A program made the position numbers and the translations under genes. From Camelus dromedarius (lineage: Eukaryota), in contig NC_087437.1 of assembly GCF_036321535.1 (NCBI RefSeq), forward strand, positions 6,262,001 to 6,326,000: 64,000 nucleotides of DNA. Direction: 5' to 3'. A model generated the notes under the pieces. The model saw only the letters and a program-made list of their open reading frames with translations. It was not told the origin of the DNA and did not search any database. Shown here one piece after another: positions 11,862-23,311 of this stretch (positions within the stretch are counted from its first letter, which is position 1; every line of letters begins with the position of its first letter).

Positions 11862-13557
11862 CTGCCCAAAAGATGTGTGTGCATATAACTTATGTATGTT
11901 TTCTAACGCCAAAACCATTTAGATGTCCATGTAAAAAAACTGATATATATGCATACCTTAAAATGTAAACACTATAGGCTCTCAAAATGAGAATTAAAGT
12001 ATTTAGGTTTCATTTTTATGAGAGAGAAAGTTTAAAGTACTGACACAATGAAAGATGGATAAAGAAGAAAGCTCTATGTATAAAAGACAGAAGAAAATAC
12101 ACAGCACTCACAGAATATCTTGATGTTATGAAACACTATGGCTGTTATTGAAAAACTGTTCAAGACATCAGTGCATACTAAAAAACAAAATAACCCCATG
12201 AACTCAATGTAGAGCAAATGAAGGCCTGACAGGGTTCATGAAAGGGCACAATGAACAAAACTGAATAAACACACAGATAGCAAGAGGTACCCAGGGACTA
12301 CAGAGGAGCTACACAAACCCGACCCCAATCACCAGAGAGTTTCACTAGCAGAAACAGATGCCTTTTCTTCCCGTGTATACACTTTACGCAGAAGGTAGTA
12401 GCATATTATCTCCAAAATTTCGTCGAATACCACAATCAAATGTTTAAAAGTACATTAAATTAGACGTATAATTCTTGCCATACTGATTTAAATGAAATCA
12501 TTGCATAATTTTTTAAACTCTGATAATTTATTCCTAAATTTCAGTAAACAATTTAAAAGTAGATGACAAACTTCACGTCATGCCTTCCTCCTTGTAAAAC
12601 AATGACACAGTCATTTGGAACTACAATGTGTTATTTACACACTGAGCGAGATAGATATTTGAAGGCTCTGAAAACTGTTTAAGGTCTGGAAATTTGGTCC
12701 TAATTTATAATGGGAATAAATAGGATCAACCACTTCAAGTGTCATTATTATAAACTTTTTCCTGAAAAAATGGAGGCTTTCAAAATCAGACAATTTCCCC
12801 CGCCACAAGTCCAAATATACTCATTCATTTTTATATAAGTACATTTTTACGAAGTCTTTCTTTGCAAAGGAATGTTTTTATGCCATAACTTTAAAAATTA
12901 TAACTATATATTTCAAATTGCTAGAATTTTAAATCCTACAAAATCAAGAAAAAGATTAAGATGGTCAGTTATTTTTAATATAGTAGGAGGACTCTGCCCA
13001 AGTACTGTAAAGCTCTAAGTTTTTACCAAATTTTTGAGAAAGGTCATACTACTTATTTAACAGTGATAACCGAATATAAGTGGTCAAAGCACTAAACTTA
13101 CATGATTTAGTTATAAAAATACACCTGTATGATGTATTGTCTTCCTCATATTTGAGAAACTAATACTTTGCTTTCAAATATAATATGGATTATTTATATA
13201 TAGCACATACATCTTTATAGAATCAGTCTAGTGATTTATTTACAGAAGCGCCTTAGCACCAAAAACAATAAAAGTATGAAAATTTTACTACTAGAATTTA
13301 ATATTGGACATGGTGACTGAAATTCTTGATATATTTCTTTAAACCATCTCATTTCAAAAATAATTAGGACAATTATAAAAATGGATCATGAAACAATCTT
13401 CATTAGAAGCATGTTAAAAACAACATTGAATTTTTAGATATACTTTAACATTTAATGTACTCTTATTTTCATGACTAATCTAGTAATTTTACAATATTTA
13501 AAAAAGTTTAAGTAAAATTTTAAAAGTGAAATTGCTGGATGAAATCCTTTGTCCATC

Positions 13558-14074
13558 TTTTGGAGAAATCAAAAGCTTCACAGATACACAAAAGCTAAAA
13601 GAACTCAGCACCACCAAACCAGCTTTACAACAAATGTTAAAGGACCTTCTCTAGTCATCAAACCATAAGAAAAGAGAACAAAAAGAAGAAAGAGAGAGAG
13701 AAAAAAAAGGGAGACCTACGAAAGATGTTGGCTGTTCGGGGTCTTTTGTGATTCCTTATAAATTTTGGAAATGTTTGTTCTAGTTCTGTGAGGAATGTCG
13801 CGAGTAATTTGATAGGGGTTGCGTTGGATCTGTGGATTGCTTTGGGCGGTGTGGCCATTTTGATGGTGTTGATTCTTCCAATCCAAGAGCACAAGAAATC
13901 TTTCCATTTCTTTATGTCATTTTGGTTTCAGAGTATAAGTAACTTCCATGGTTAAGTTTATTTCTGGGTATTTTGTTGTTTTTGATGTAATGGAAATGTC
14001 TCTGCCAGTTATAAAATTTTGGTTTTTGAAGTGAAAAAAAAAAAAAAGTGAATGAAGGGCCGCAAACGGCAAAC
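13558..14074. mobile_element. Chimeric L1 insertion: sense ORF1 C-terminus plus antisense ORF2 fragment, with 13-bp flanking direct repeats
   Basis: 13562-13654 encodes GEIKSFTDTQKLKELSTTKPALQQMLKDLL* (L1 ORF1 end). About 13720-14000 on minus encodes CSWIGRINTIKMA..PKAIHRSNA (ORF2). tcctttgtccatc occurs at 13545-13557 and 14075-14087. Confidence 0.8.
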
Positions 14075-14277
14075 TCCTTTGTCCATCCTTAACTCTAATA
14101 AAACATTGTCAAACTCTTACCCAAACACCCTATACCAATTTCTGTGTTGATACGGGAGAGTCCCTGTTTCTTAGCATCAAGAGATTTATTTTTCCCCAGT
14201 CTGAATGGTATGAAATAGTATCTCATTGTGGTTTTAATTAGGATATCCTTGACTACTTGATTGAAAATCTTTTCATC

Positions 14278-14739
14278 TGTTAAATTAGTCAGGGTTCTCC
14301 AAAGAAACAGAACCAATAGGAGATATATATATACATAGAAAGAGATTTATTATAAAGAAATTGCTCCCATGATTATGAAAACCAGGAAGTCCAATCATCA
14401 ACATGGACAAGCAGCCTGGGAATTCAGGAAGAGCCCGTGCTCTGGTTTGCAGGCCAGCAGGCTGAAAGAGATGATGTCGTATATGAAAACCAAGTCACTG
14501 CAGTGTAGAATTCCTCTTGCTTGGTGTGGTGGTGGGGGCGGGGGAGGTCAGCCTTTTGTTCTAGTCAGGCCTTCAAGTACTTAGATGAGGCCTACCCACA
14601 TTATGGAGGCCAATCTGCTTTCTGTCCATTGAAATATTAATTTCACCCAAACACCCTCACAGAAGCACCAACAACAATGTCTGAGCAAATACCTAGGCAC
14701 CCCATGGCCCAGTCAAGTTGACAAATAATAACATTCACA
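14278..14739 (-). mobile_element. MLT2 (ERVL) solo LTR inserted in an old L1
   Basis: ttagtcagggttctccaaagaaacagaaccaatagga...cccagtcaagttgaca...cattcaca. Flanking L1 text (tctcattgtggttttaatt / tgtttactggccattt) resumes on both sides. Confidence 0.85.
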
Positions 14740-15129
14740 TCTGTTTACTGGCCATTTGGGTCTCCTGCTCTGAGTGCTGCCAGCTCAATGTTTTGCCCAA
14801 TCTTCTACTGAACTGTCTTTTGCTTAATGATTCATACCATTTTTCAAAAAAATAATCATGGCTATATAATAATTCTGATACAGTACTGAGAAACAAAAGT
14901 ACAATGCACATTAAATTATTATTCACGTACACTTTAAATGGTCCCCTTATGATGAATTATATTGCAGGATGCATTCTGAGAAACACTGATTTAAAGAAAA
15001 TCAAATCTTCCCTCTGTAAGTATGGTACAATGAACAATAGGTTATGTTCCTGAACAAGAAAGAAATAGAAATTAGTATGATAATAATCTGTTCAATGTCT
15101 TTCTCTGTGCTAAAAAATGTCCACAGTAT

Positions 15130-15360
15130 TGATGATTACTAATATTTAACTGAATGCTTACTGAACACCAGGCACTGCGCTTTATGTTTTCACACCAATC
15201 TGGTCAGCAGATCTATAAAAGGTGTCATCATTGTCCCTGTTTGGTACAAGTGGATATTGAGGCTCGCAGGTACAGGATCTCGGCCCAAGGTCCCACTGAG
15301 TGGCTGGGACATGAATTCAGATTTATTTAGAAAGTCACTGTAAGACATTGTCCTGGCTTC
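15130..15360 (-). mobile_element. MIR SINE
   Basis: actaatatttaactgaatgcttactgaacaccaggcactgcgc...attgaggctc...gcccaaggtcccac. Confidence 0.65.
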
Positions 15361-15870
15361 CGACTGTGTACAATGGCACTGGGACAGGAACACGAGGGAA
15401 GAAAGAATGAAGAGGCAACATCCTTGCTATCCTGACACTAACCATCTGCCAAGAGGTAGAATTCGGAAAATATACAGACCACATCATGAAGGACAGAATG
15501 TCACAGCAAAGGAGATGTACTGGAAGAGCTCCAGCTCTAAGAGGTCAAGGGATAATTACAAGGAACTAAAGAGACTTCATGGAGAAGGGGAACTTTTCCA
15601 GGACAGGCTCTGAAGGAAGAGTAACATTTTGACCGGCACAAGTGGACAGAGAGGGCTGCTGATCAGAGGTTGACTCAACAAAGATTGTCCCAAAGGCAGC
15701 AAAATGAACAACAAAGTAGTAAGTGCCTATGTCTGCAAAAGGGAACCCTGCAATGAGAAAAAGGCAGCTGCAAAACAGACACAATATTATTTCCCATGAA
15801 ATGCAAATTATTAACAAAGCTTTTTACATTTCAACAGCAGCTTGCACTTTAAAAGAACTGTCACATATAT

Positions 15871-16103
15871 CATGCATTCTCAATGGGAGTGATAGTGTCC
15901 CTGAGGGGACAAAAATTGGTTGTTGAGGCGGGGGGAACCTTAGATATTACAATGGTTTATGGCCCTCCAACAGGCCACAGGACATGAACAGATACACAGT
16001 ATATCTGTGGTATCAAATGTCATTGGGGAAGAGAGTTGATTGAGGGTTTTTTTTTTAAAGGTTTTTAGGGGAGCAATGATGAAAAAAAGGATTGACAAAC
16101 ACC
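15871..16103 (+). mobile_element. hAT-Charlie non-autonomous element (Charlie4-like)
   Basis: ttctcaatggg..aaaaattggt..cttagatattacaatggtttatggccctccaa..atacacagtatatctgtggtat..gaaaaaaaggattgacaaacac. Confidence 0.7.
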
Positions 16104-16299
16104 AACAAATACTACCTTATGTGATCACCCCAACCATCTAGTGGGTAAGAAGGGTATCAGTCTTCTTTTTAAAAAGCATATGAGACACATAAAACTAGAC
16201 GAGGTAAATGAATGAATAAAGGAGAACATCAGGTAGTTCAGAGCAAGATGAAATGTTACAAATATACGCGAATGTGTGTGCGCATGTGTGTATAACATG

Positions 16300-16800
16300 A
16301 AATAATGTGCGACCTCACTCATAATTAAAGAAATGTCAACTAAAACAGTTAAATGTAATTTCTCATCAAATTTGCAAAAGAAAAAAAGGTGGATAATACC
16401 TAGTGTTGATAAGGATGTGGAGAACCAAGCACTTTGATTTTGATTAACTTGATTATAGAAGTGCAAAATTTTGAAAAGCAATCTGGCAACAACTATCAAA
16501 ATTACAAATGCATGTATCCTTTGATTCAGCAGTTCTACTGCTAGGAATTCATCCTAGTGGCTTACCCTCTAGCCAAATCTCTGCAGAAAGAGGTTGACTG
16601 TAATAGTCAAAAACTGTCAACAACCTAAATATCCACCCATAAGGAATTGATTTTATAAATTATGATAATCCAGAAATGTAATAATACAGAGGCATTAGAA
16701 ACATAAATTCACTGATGTAGAAAATATAAAAAGGATACTGAAATCAGCAAGGAGCAGAATAAATACAGCATGACCCCACTAATTTATAAAAATATATAAA
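16300..16800 (+). mobile_element. Old L1 (L1ME-type) ORF2 end and 3' region
   Basis: ctcactcataattaaagaaatg..ataatacctagtgttgataaggatgtggaga..caatctggcaac..caacctaaatatcca. Confidence 0.7.
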
Positions 16801-17649
16801 TATAAACTTGTCATTCATGAGGAAAGGGAGATTCTTCAGTTTCAAGCCCTGTGTATGCTTTAAAAAAAATTAAAACATGAGGATATAGCCTTGAACAAAT
16901 ATTTACTCATAAAAATTTTAAAATGACTTGTTCAAGTTCATACAATGAGGAAGCAGAGCTATTAATAAAATTCTATTCTTTTGGTTTATATTTCATATTA
17001 TTTTTCTTTATAAAGCTTTCTACTGTTCAGAAAAATCCATTTAGTTAATCAAATATGGTAATGTCTGTGGTTCCCTACCACCTACTGCAGTATAAACACA
17101 CCTACAGGTTCTGAATACCTTTTGGATTTCCTACACCCATCTTTCTAAGCTTCTTTATCGCTTTTCATTCTCTGAAGACATCCAGTGTTTTTCTACCTGT
17201 CTCTATTTATTTGGGCAACTAGCTGTGGTCAAGGAAACCCATCCCAACCCATTCCTCTCTCTCAAACATTTCTTTTTAAAAAAAACCTCTTCTATTCTCA
17301 TGGCCTGACAAAGAATAGACAGTGAATACTGTTGAATAAATGAATACATATCCATCAGCCCAGATCCCACTAACCACTTCTCAAATGTTCCCTTCTCTCT
17401 CAAATGTTTCCCACCTCCTTTTCATTCAGTTTTAAACTGCTGCATTGAATAAATTTAGAAAGTGGATCGTGTTAAAGTCAGTCCCATATTTATACGTCTC
17501 ATGAGAAAAAAGCAGGCAAACCAGAGGGTTTCCGTCTTCTAAGAGAATGAAAGGGGAAGAGCCCAGCTGACGGCACCAGTACCACATTTCTTCCCAACAC
17601 CTAGCGGCACTACTTCTACAGAAGGAAACCTCTGATATAACTTTGTGGA

Positions 17650-17860
17650 CACCAGGGACAGGGTCACATTTTCTAGGCTCAAACCGAGGAGGTGCCTTTA
17701 CTATCTGACCTAAGGCAAGTTGGTTAAAAAATCTGTGTCTCAGTTCCCTCCATGTTAAAGCGGGAAATACATATTTCACAGGTTTTGTGAGGATGAAACA
17801 AATATCCCTGAACCACTTAGAGCACCTGACACACTCGTAGGAGGCAGTCCATAAATGTCC
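17650..17860 (+). mobile_element. MIR SINE
   Basis: tgacctaaggcaagt..tgtgtctcagttccctccatgttaaa..ggttttgtgaggatgaaa..cacttagagcacctgacac. Confidence 0.7.
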
Positions 17861-18124
17861 GCTATCACTGTCATTACACCACCATCACACAGTCCCTGCT
17901 CCGGGGGACAGACTGACACAGTTAGGTTACTAGGACAAGATCAAAAACAGGATGGTCCTTACAGTTCCACAGATGATCCAAAGATCCTCTGGGTGTCCCA
18001 TCAGATCTGTTCACTACCTTATACTTTCCAGTTAGATTTCATTAATGTTTTCTCCATATGTCTACTGTGGAAGGAAAGAAGGTAGCGAGAAGAAACCGGA
18101 GAAAGCAGGGGCTGCCTGGTGGGA

Positions 18125-18670
18125 CATACATTCAATTGCATAAATACCTGGGGCAGCCTCCCATGTGTCAGAGGCCAGAAATCACCGAGTGGCAAACAAG
18201 ACAGTGAAAGTCTCTGTCCTCAGAGAATGTACATTCCAGGTGAAGATGAATAATAAACCAAGGATTAAAAATAGTTCCCATTAGTGACATATGCTACGAG
18301 GAAAACATAAAGAGGATAAGGAGACAGAATGATGAGGCGGGACTGAGAGCTGATCTGGGAGCCGGGAGCTCACCTGACACAGTGTAGTCTTGGAAGGCCT
18401 CTCTGAGGTGGCGACATCTGAATACAGTGAGGGGGGAAGAGCATGCTGGGAAAAGGAAATGCAGAGACTCTAACATGGAGAACAGCTGGGAGTTTTGGGG
18501 GAATCAAAGAAAGATGGAGTGACTGGAGAAACGGAGAGAGATGGGAGAGAGGCCAGGCCACATCAGTCCTCTTGGGCATGACAGAACTCTGGTTTATGCT
18601 TCAAGAGGGAAAGAGACCCACTGGGGGCTTCTGTACAGGCCTGTGAGATGGTATCTACTCTCCAAGAAGA
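18125..18670 (-). mobile_element. L2 LINE 3' end
   Basis: cattcaa..gtctctgtcctcagaga..ggaaggcctctctgaggtggcgacatctga..gagaggccaggcc. Confidence 0.75.
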
Positions 18671-20288
18671 TCACAGTATATCTCTCAAATGAGGAAAAGC
18701 ACTGAGCACAAAGCAAAATCTAAGTTTCTTCTTTCACTGATTAAAAAGACTGCTCCTCCTAAAAACTATTTTTTTTCAGAAATTACTAGTGGTAGGACTG
18801 GACCAGATACACATGGTACTAGAGTCACTACAGAAGAGGGTTTGTGATTCGTCTGACATGTCCCTAGGCCTCAATATTACCAGCCCTTCAGCTATGGATG
18901 CAAACACAAAACACAAAGTGTAGTCAGCTCAAGCGGTTCTGGATTTGGGTTTCATGTAGTATTATGTTTCTGCTATTGTACTTTTGTTTCCATAACAATT
19001 TATAAAGCAGATAAATCTGTAAATCAAGGGGCTCAGTGTATGTCTGTTTGCCTCCCTCTCTCTATACACATGCGCGTACACACACACGCTCTTCATTTTA
19101 CCTCATAGTGAAATGCCTTTATAAAATGGAATGTCTAAAACATGATTCTTTCTTTTAGCTATATAACCAAGATCAACACTGTAGTTCCTGAAACCCATGG
19201 TGAAGTTTTCTACAGCAATGGCAAGGGGAAGTAGACAGAGTTAGTATACAGACTTTCCTCCCTAAAGAAACAGACCAAGAAAGCAAAAGATGTCAATTCT
19301 ATTCTAGAATTAGTACAACTGCACAGCATTGAATAGCTTACTTCAGATATTTTCCATCAGGAAAGATGGAAAAGAACATTATTTCTAACATATAAGGTGA
19401 AGAAATTTAATGACTGATCCAAAAATCTTCAACTACTCAAAAATGTCCATATTCTCTTAATTCATAGAAAACCAGCCTGATGCCTAAAAGATACCTCTTA
19501 GGATAAAATCATGTCTCCTAGCTAAAGCTTATTTACATGTATATGGATATAGGTCAATGGATAAGGAAAATGTAACTAGGACACAAAATCTGATTCAGGT
19601 TCAAATTAACATCTTCCTTTTACCTCTCCCTTCTGACAGTACTTGCAAAACCTGTAGCAACAAACTATCACTTCATTATCTTCCCACGAGACACCGGTTT
19701 TCTCTAACACTTCACAATGCTTCTGAGATAGCATATCTGACATAACACCTCGACGTCTCCCCCGCATTTAACAGGATAAAGAAAAGTAAGAAAGAGAGTA
19801 GACAATGTAGGTGTTACAAGCGTGAGAATGCAACCCTTCATGAACATTCAAATTAACTATAAATCTCAAACCATTTTCACTGTTTTCCTATATAGGCATC
19901 TGACATGCTCCGAGTTCCTGTTTCCCTTTAAAGTAATTAATAAACTGTAAGATCAATCATTCAGTGTTAACTGAAGGCAATCGTTAACTAATGGTAGGAG
20001 AACTAGCCCCATTTAACCTAAAATATAACTAAAATGGAGCATAGTAATTAAAAAAACCCATAGTGGTTGTTTTAATGATTTCTTTAATCAAATAAAGTTG
20101 AGTAATCAAATGTGGTCTTTGAAGAAGGCTATTTCTTTTTTTTTTTTAACCTAGATAGGATCCCTCAAAGAAGTAAGTTTCCAATTCATCTACTCAGCAG
20201 CAAACTTGCTTGACTGTGTAACAACATAATGTTTATAAACTTTCTTCAGTGAGATTATTAAACTGAAGATGTAATTGATTAGTTTCAC

Positions 20289-20338
20289 CTGCTTTGTAAC
20301 AATACCAGAAACATGTGTAGTGACCTGTATGCCAAAAC
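20289..20338 (-). CDS. 50-nt exon, (E)FWHTGHYTCFWYCYKA; alternative upstream acceptor at 20373 gives an 85-nt form
   Basis: aaatcctgcag|GTTTTGGCAT...ACAAAGCAG|gtgaaa; no stop in any frame; second acceptor ctaatctctag| lies 35 nt upstream. Confidence 0.6.
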
Positions 20339-21479
20339 CTGCAGGATTTTCAGGGTTGAGCAACAAATTAAACCTAGAGATTAGGAGGTTCACATATTTC
20401 TCTCCAACTCAATCCATTCACAAGGTCATCCCCCAACAGGTTTATTCAAGCGCTCCTCAGTGTCTGTGTGCCCCGGGACAAGCGTTCAGAGGGCAGGAAC
20501 CGGCCCATACACTGTGCTTTTCCGGCCCCAAGCACAGTTGCATTTGCACGTGACGCTCACTACATCTCCTCGAAAGACGTTTGACAATACAATTCTGAAA
20601 AATTCGACGTGCGCCCTGCATGTGAAATCTTGTGCCTTGTACCTTATGATTTCAGCAGTGCCATGTGTGCTGTGATAGTTAAGGGCCTGTCAATGTTTCC
20701 ATTATAAACTCTGGTTTTCAGGGGTTTGTATCTTGGCCTATAAAAATAGATTCCGGTCTGTAACTTGGCATAGAAAGTACTGGTATCAACCCAAGAGAAC
20801 ATTTTTTGTTCCAAAGATTAAAATAAAAATCTGTTTAGTAGTTTTAAGTTAAGAGAGTGTTAAAAAAAAAAAATGGGGGGGAGGAGTATAGAATGTTTTT
20901 AAAAACACACACAAAAATACCAATGCTCTATGTCTCAGTTACTGCTTCATTTTAGATTTTGAAATGATTAACAGAATATAAACCAATGATACTGAGTAAA
21001 CGAAAAACCTAAAAAGAGTTTTAATTAAAAACATTATGGTGGATACCAAAAGAAAAAAAATCATAAATTTTTAAACAACTACATATGTAGTATCTCAAAT
21101 AATTCCCACATTTAAAGACTGTCCAAGTACTCACTGACAGTAAACCAAAACTCTTTTAAAAATATGTTTTTCCAGATATGTAAAAGTTACTTTTTAATGA
21201 ATCACTAAATGTAAATTTACTTCAGGTAAGTGAGGACAATCTTCAATACTGTCTTCAATTTATGCATCAAGCAGTTTTTAAAACATATTATAACTTAAAT
21301 GTAAGAAACTCTGAAGTAGTCTTATATACTGTTTGTTAAAAAACACAGTTTTTAAATTAAGTTTTGTGGGGTTTTTTTTAGCTTAACATAGATTTGTTTT
21401 CTTCAAAAATATAACACTGTTATATATAACACTGCTGCATCTTTAAAAAACACATTTTGAAGTAGTAACGTATCTGTTA

Positions 21480-21920
21480 AAGGGGGTCTAAATTGGAATA
21501 ATCCAATAATCATAGAGGGTGATTTGGAAATAGCTATCAAAATTATGAGTATATATATATATATATATACTCATATGTGTGTGTGTGTATATATGGATAC
21601 ATACATACTTATATATATACTCTTTGATCTTGAAATTATATTCTTAGGAAATTATACTATGAATATACCTGCAAAAATGTGTAATTATATATATATAAAA
21701 CTTAGACATACACAATAACATTCCTCAATTTTTAAAATAGCAAAAACGTTGAAACCAACATAAATGTCCATCAATTGGGGACTTGTTAAGTAAATTATTG
21801 TACATGCATACAGTGGTATTATTATACAGCTATTAAAAAGGAAGAAAGAAGAAAAGACAAAACAAACAACAGAACGAGGTACTGATACAGAAAGACTTCC
21901 AAGTTATAATGAGTGAAAAC
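21480..21920 (+). mobile_element. Old L1ME fragment with internal (TA)n/(TG)n
   Basis: gatttggaaatagctatcaaaatt..ttcttaggaaattat..aaatgtccatcaattggggact..atacagctattaaaaag. Confidence 0.65.
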
Positions 21921-22247
21921 AGGAAGGTCCTAAGTTACTATCTGCAGGAGAGACAAGAGGAAAGAGTATATATATATCTATGTATGTATATGTGTATATA
22001 TGTATATATATATTTAGAGTTATATTTACTTTTGTATGCATAAAATATTTCTAGAAAGACACAATAAACCAACAATAGAGATGAATAGTTTTCCACAAAA
22101 AATAATGTAATAATTTTGGGTGGCATTCCTAATCAAAGTCTCAGTATCAGATAATATAATCAAAATAATATTAGAAAGAAAAAATAATTCTAAACTTATG
22201 TAACTACTGAAAACAATAAAATCAGGTATTATACCTACATTCAGTCC

Positions 22248-22427
22248 ATTGGTGCTCGAATGTTGGTGTATACCAGAATCACCTAAGGTCTCAATAAAAA
22301 CGATCCCTGGGTTCCATCCCAGAATTTCCGATCAATAGCTCTGGAATAGTCTAAGAATGTACTTTACTTAATAGTCACCAGGTAAGGCTGAGCTGCTGGT
22401 CCAGGGACCATACTTTGAGAATATCTG
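22248..22427. mobile_element. MER5A (hAT-Charlie)
   Basis: ccagaatcacct..ctgggttccatcccagaattt..caggtaaggctgagctgctggtccagggaccatactttgagaa. Confidence 0.75.
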
Positions 22428-22897
22428 TTCTAGATAAATGACTACTTGTCCAAAATTCTACATAAAAACCCACCTGGTACAACATTATAACCCAGTTATT
22501 ACTAATAATATTTTGATACGAATATTTGTTTTCTTAAAACTTAAGAAGTTTGGGTGGTGGGGGATGGATGATGATTTAATCATTCTAAATAAGGGGAAAT
22601 AAAGGAGGGGAAGGGACAAGGAATTTAGTTCTACTGCACTGTTTATACTTAGCCTTCCATCTCCTATTTCTACCACTAGATGGAAACCAGTACAATGATT
22701 AGCTGTCAAACTGCAGATATAAAGAAAAAAAATAGTAAAACAAACTGAGATGAAATTATGTCACATGGTATTAATTACAAAGGGATGTATAGGGTCCCTA
22801 AACTGATATATTTTATGCTTATGACCATATTTATTTTTGATTAATTGTATGTGTCATTAGCCATTGGCCTATACACCATATCAACTTCAGACAGAAG

Positions 22898-23311
22898 TAT
22901 TATGGGTTGAATTACGACCCCTCAAAATCTGTATGTTTAAGTCCTAATCGCCAGTGCCTCAGACAGTGATGTTATTTGGAGATACAGCATTACGGGGGAA
23001 AGTTAAAAATGACATTATTAAGGTGGGCCATGATGTAACATGACTGGAGTTTTTACCGAAAGAAGAAATTTAAACACATACAGAAGGAAGATGTTGTGAA
23101 GACACAGGGAGAAGACAGTCAACCACAATCCAGATAGAGAGGTCTGGAACAGAATCTTCCTCCAGATCCCTTGAGCCCTCAGTCGAAATGAAACCTGCCA
23201 ACACGCTGATCTCCGAATTCCAGCCTCCAGAGCTGTGAGACAATACATTTCTGTTGTCTCAGCCACTCAGTTTGTGATACTTTGTTATGGCAGCCCCAGC
23301 AAACCAACACA
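22898..23311 (+). mobile_element. MLT1 (MaLR) solo LTR, MLT1A/B-like
   Basis: tatgggttgaatt..gtcctaatcgccagtgcctcag..ccagcctccagagctgtgagacaatacatttctgttg..tttgttatggcagccccagcaaac. Confidence 0.85.

Noticed and set aside
21176..21225. Plus-strand exon-like segment with ttccag and CAG|gtaagt
   Set aside because: Stops in all three frames and no partner plus-strand exons. A chance match or antisense lncRNA exon cannot be supported.
21939..21941. 3-nt exon-like ATA after a strong pyrimidine tract
   Set aside because: Sits at an L1ME/simple-repeat edge, has a weak donor and gives TAG in the main frame.
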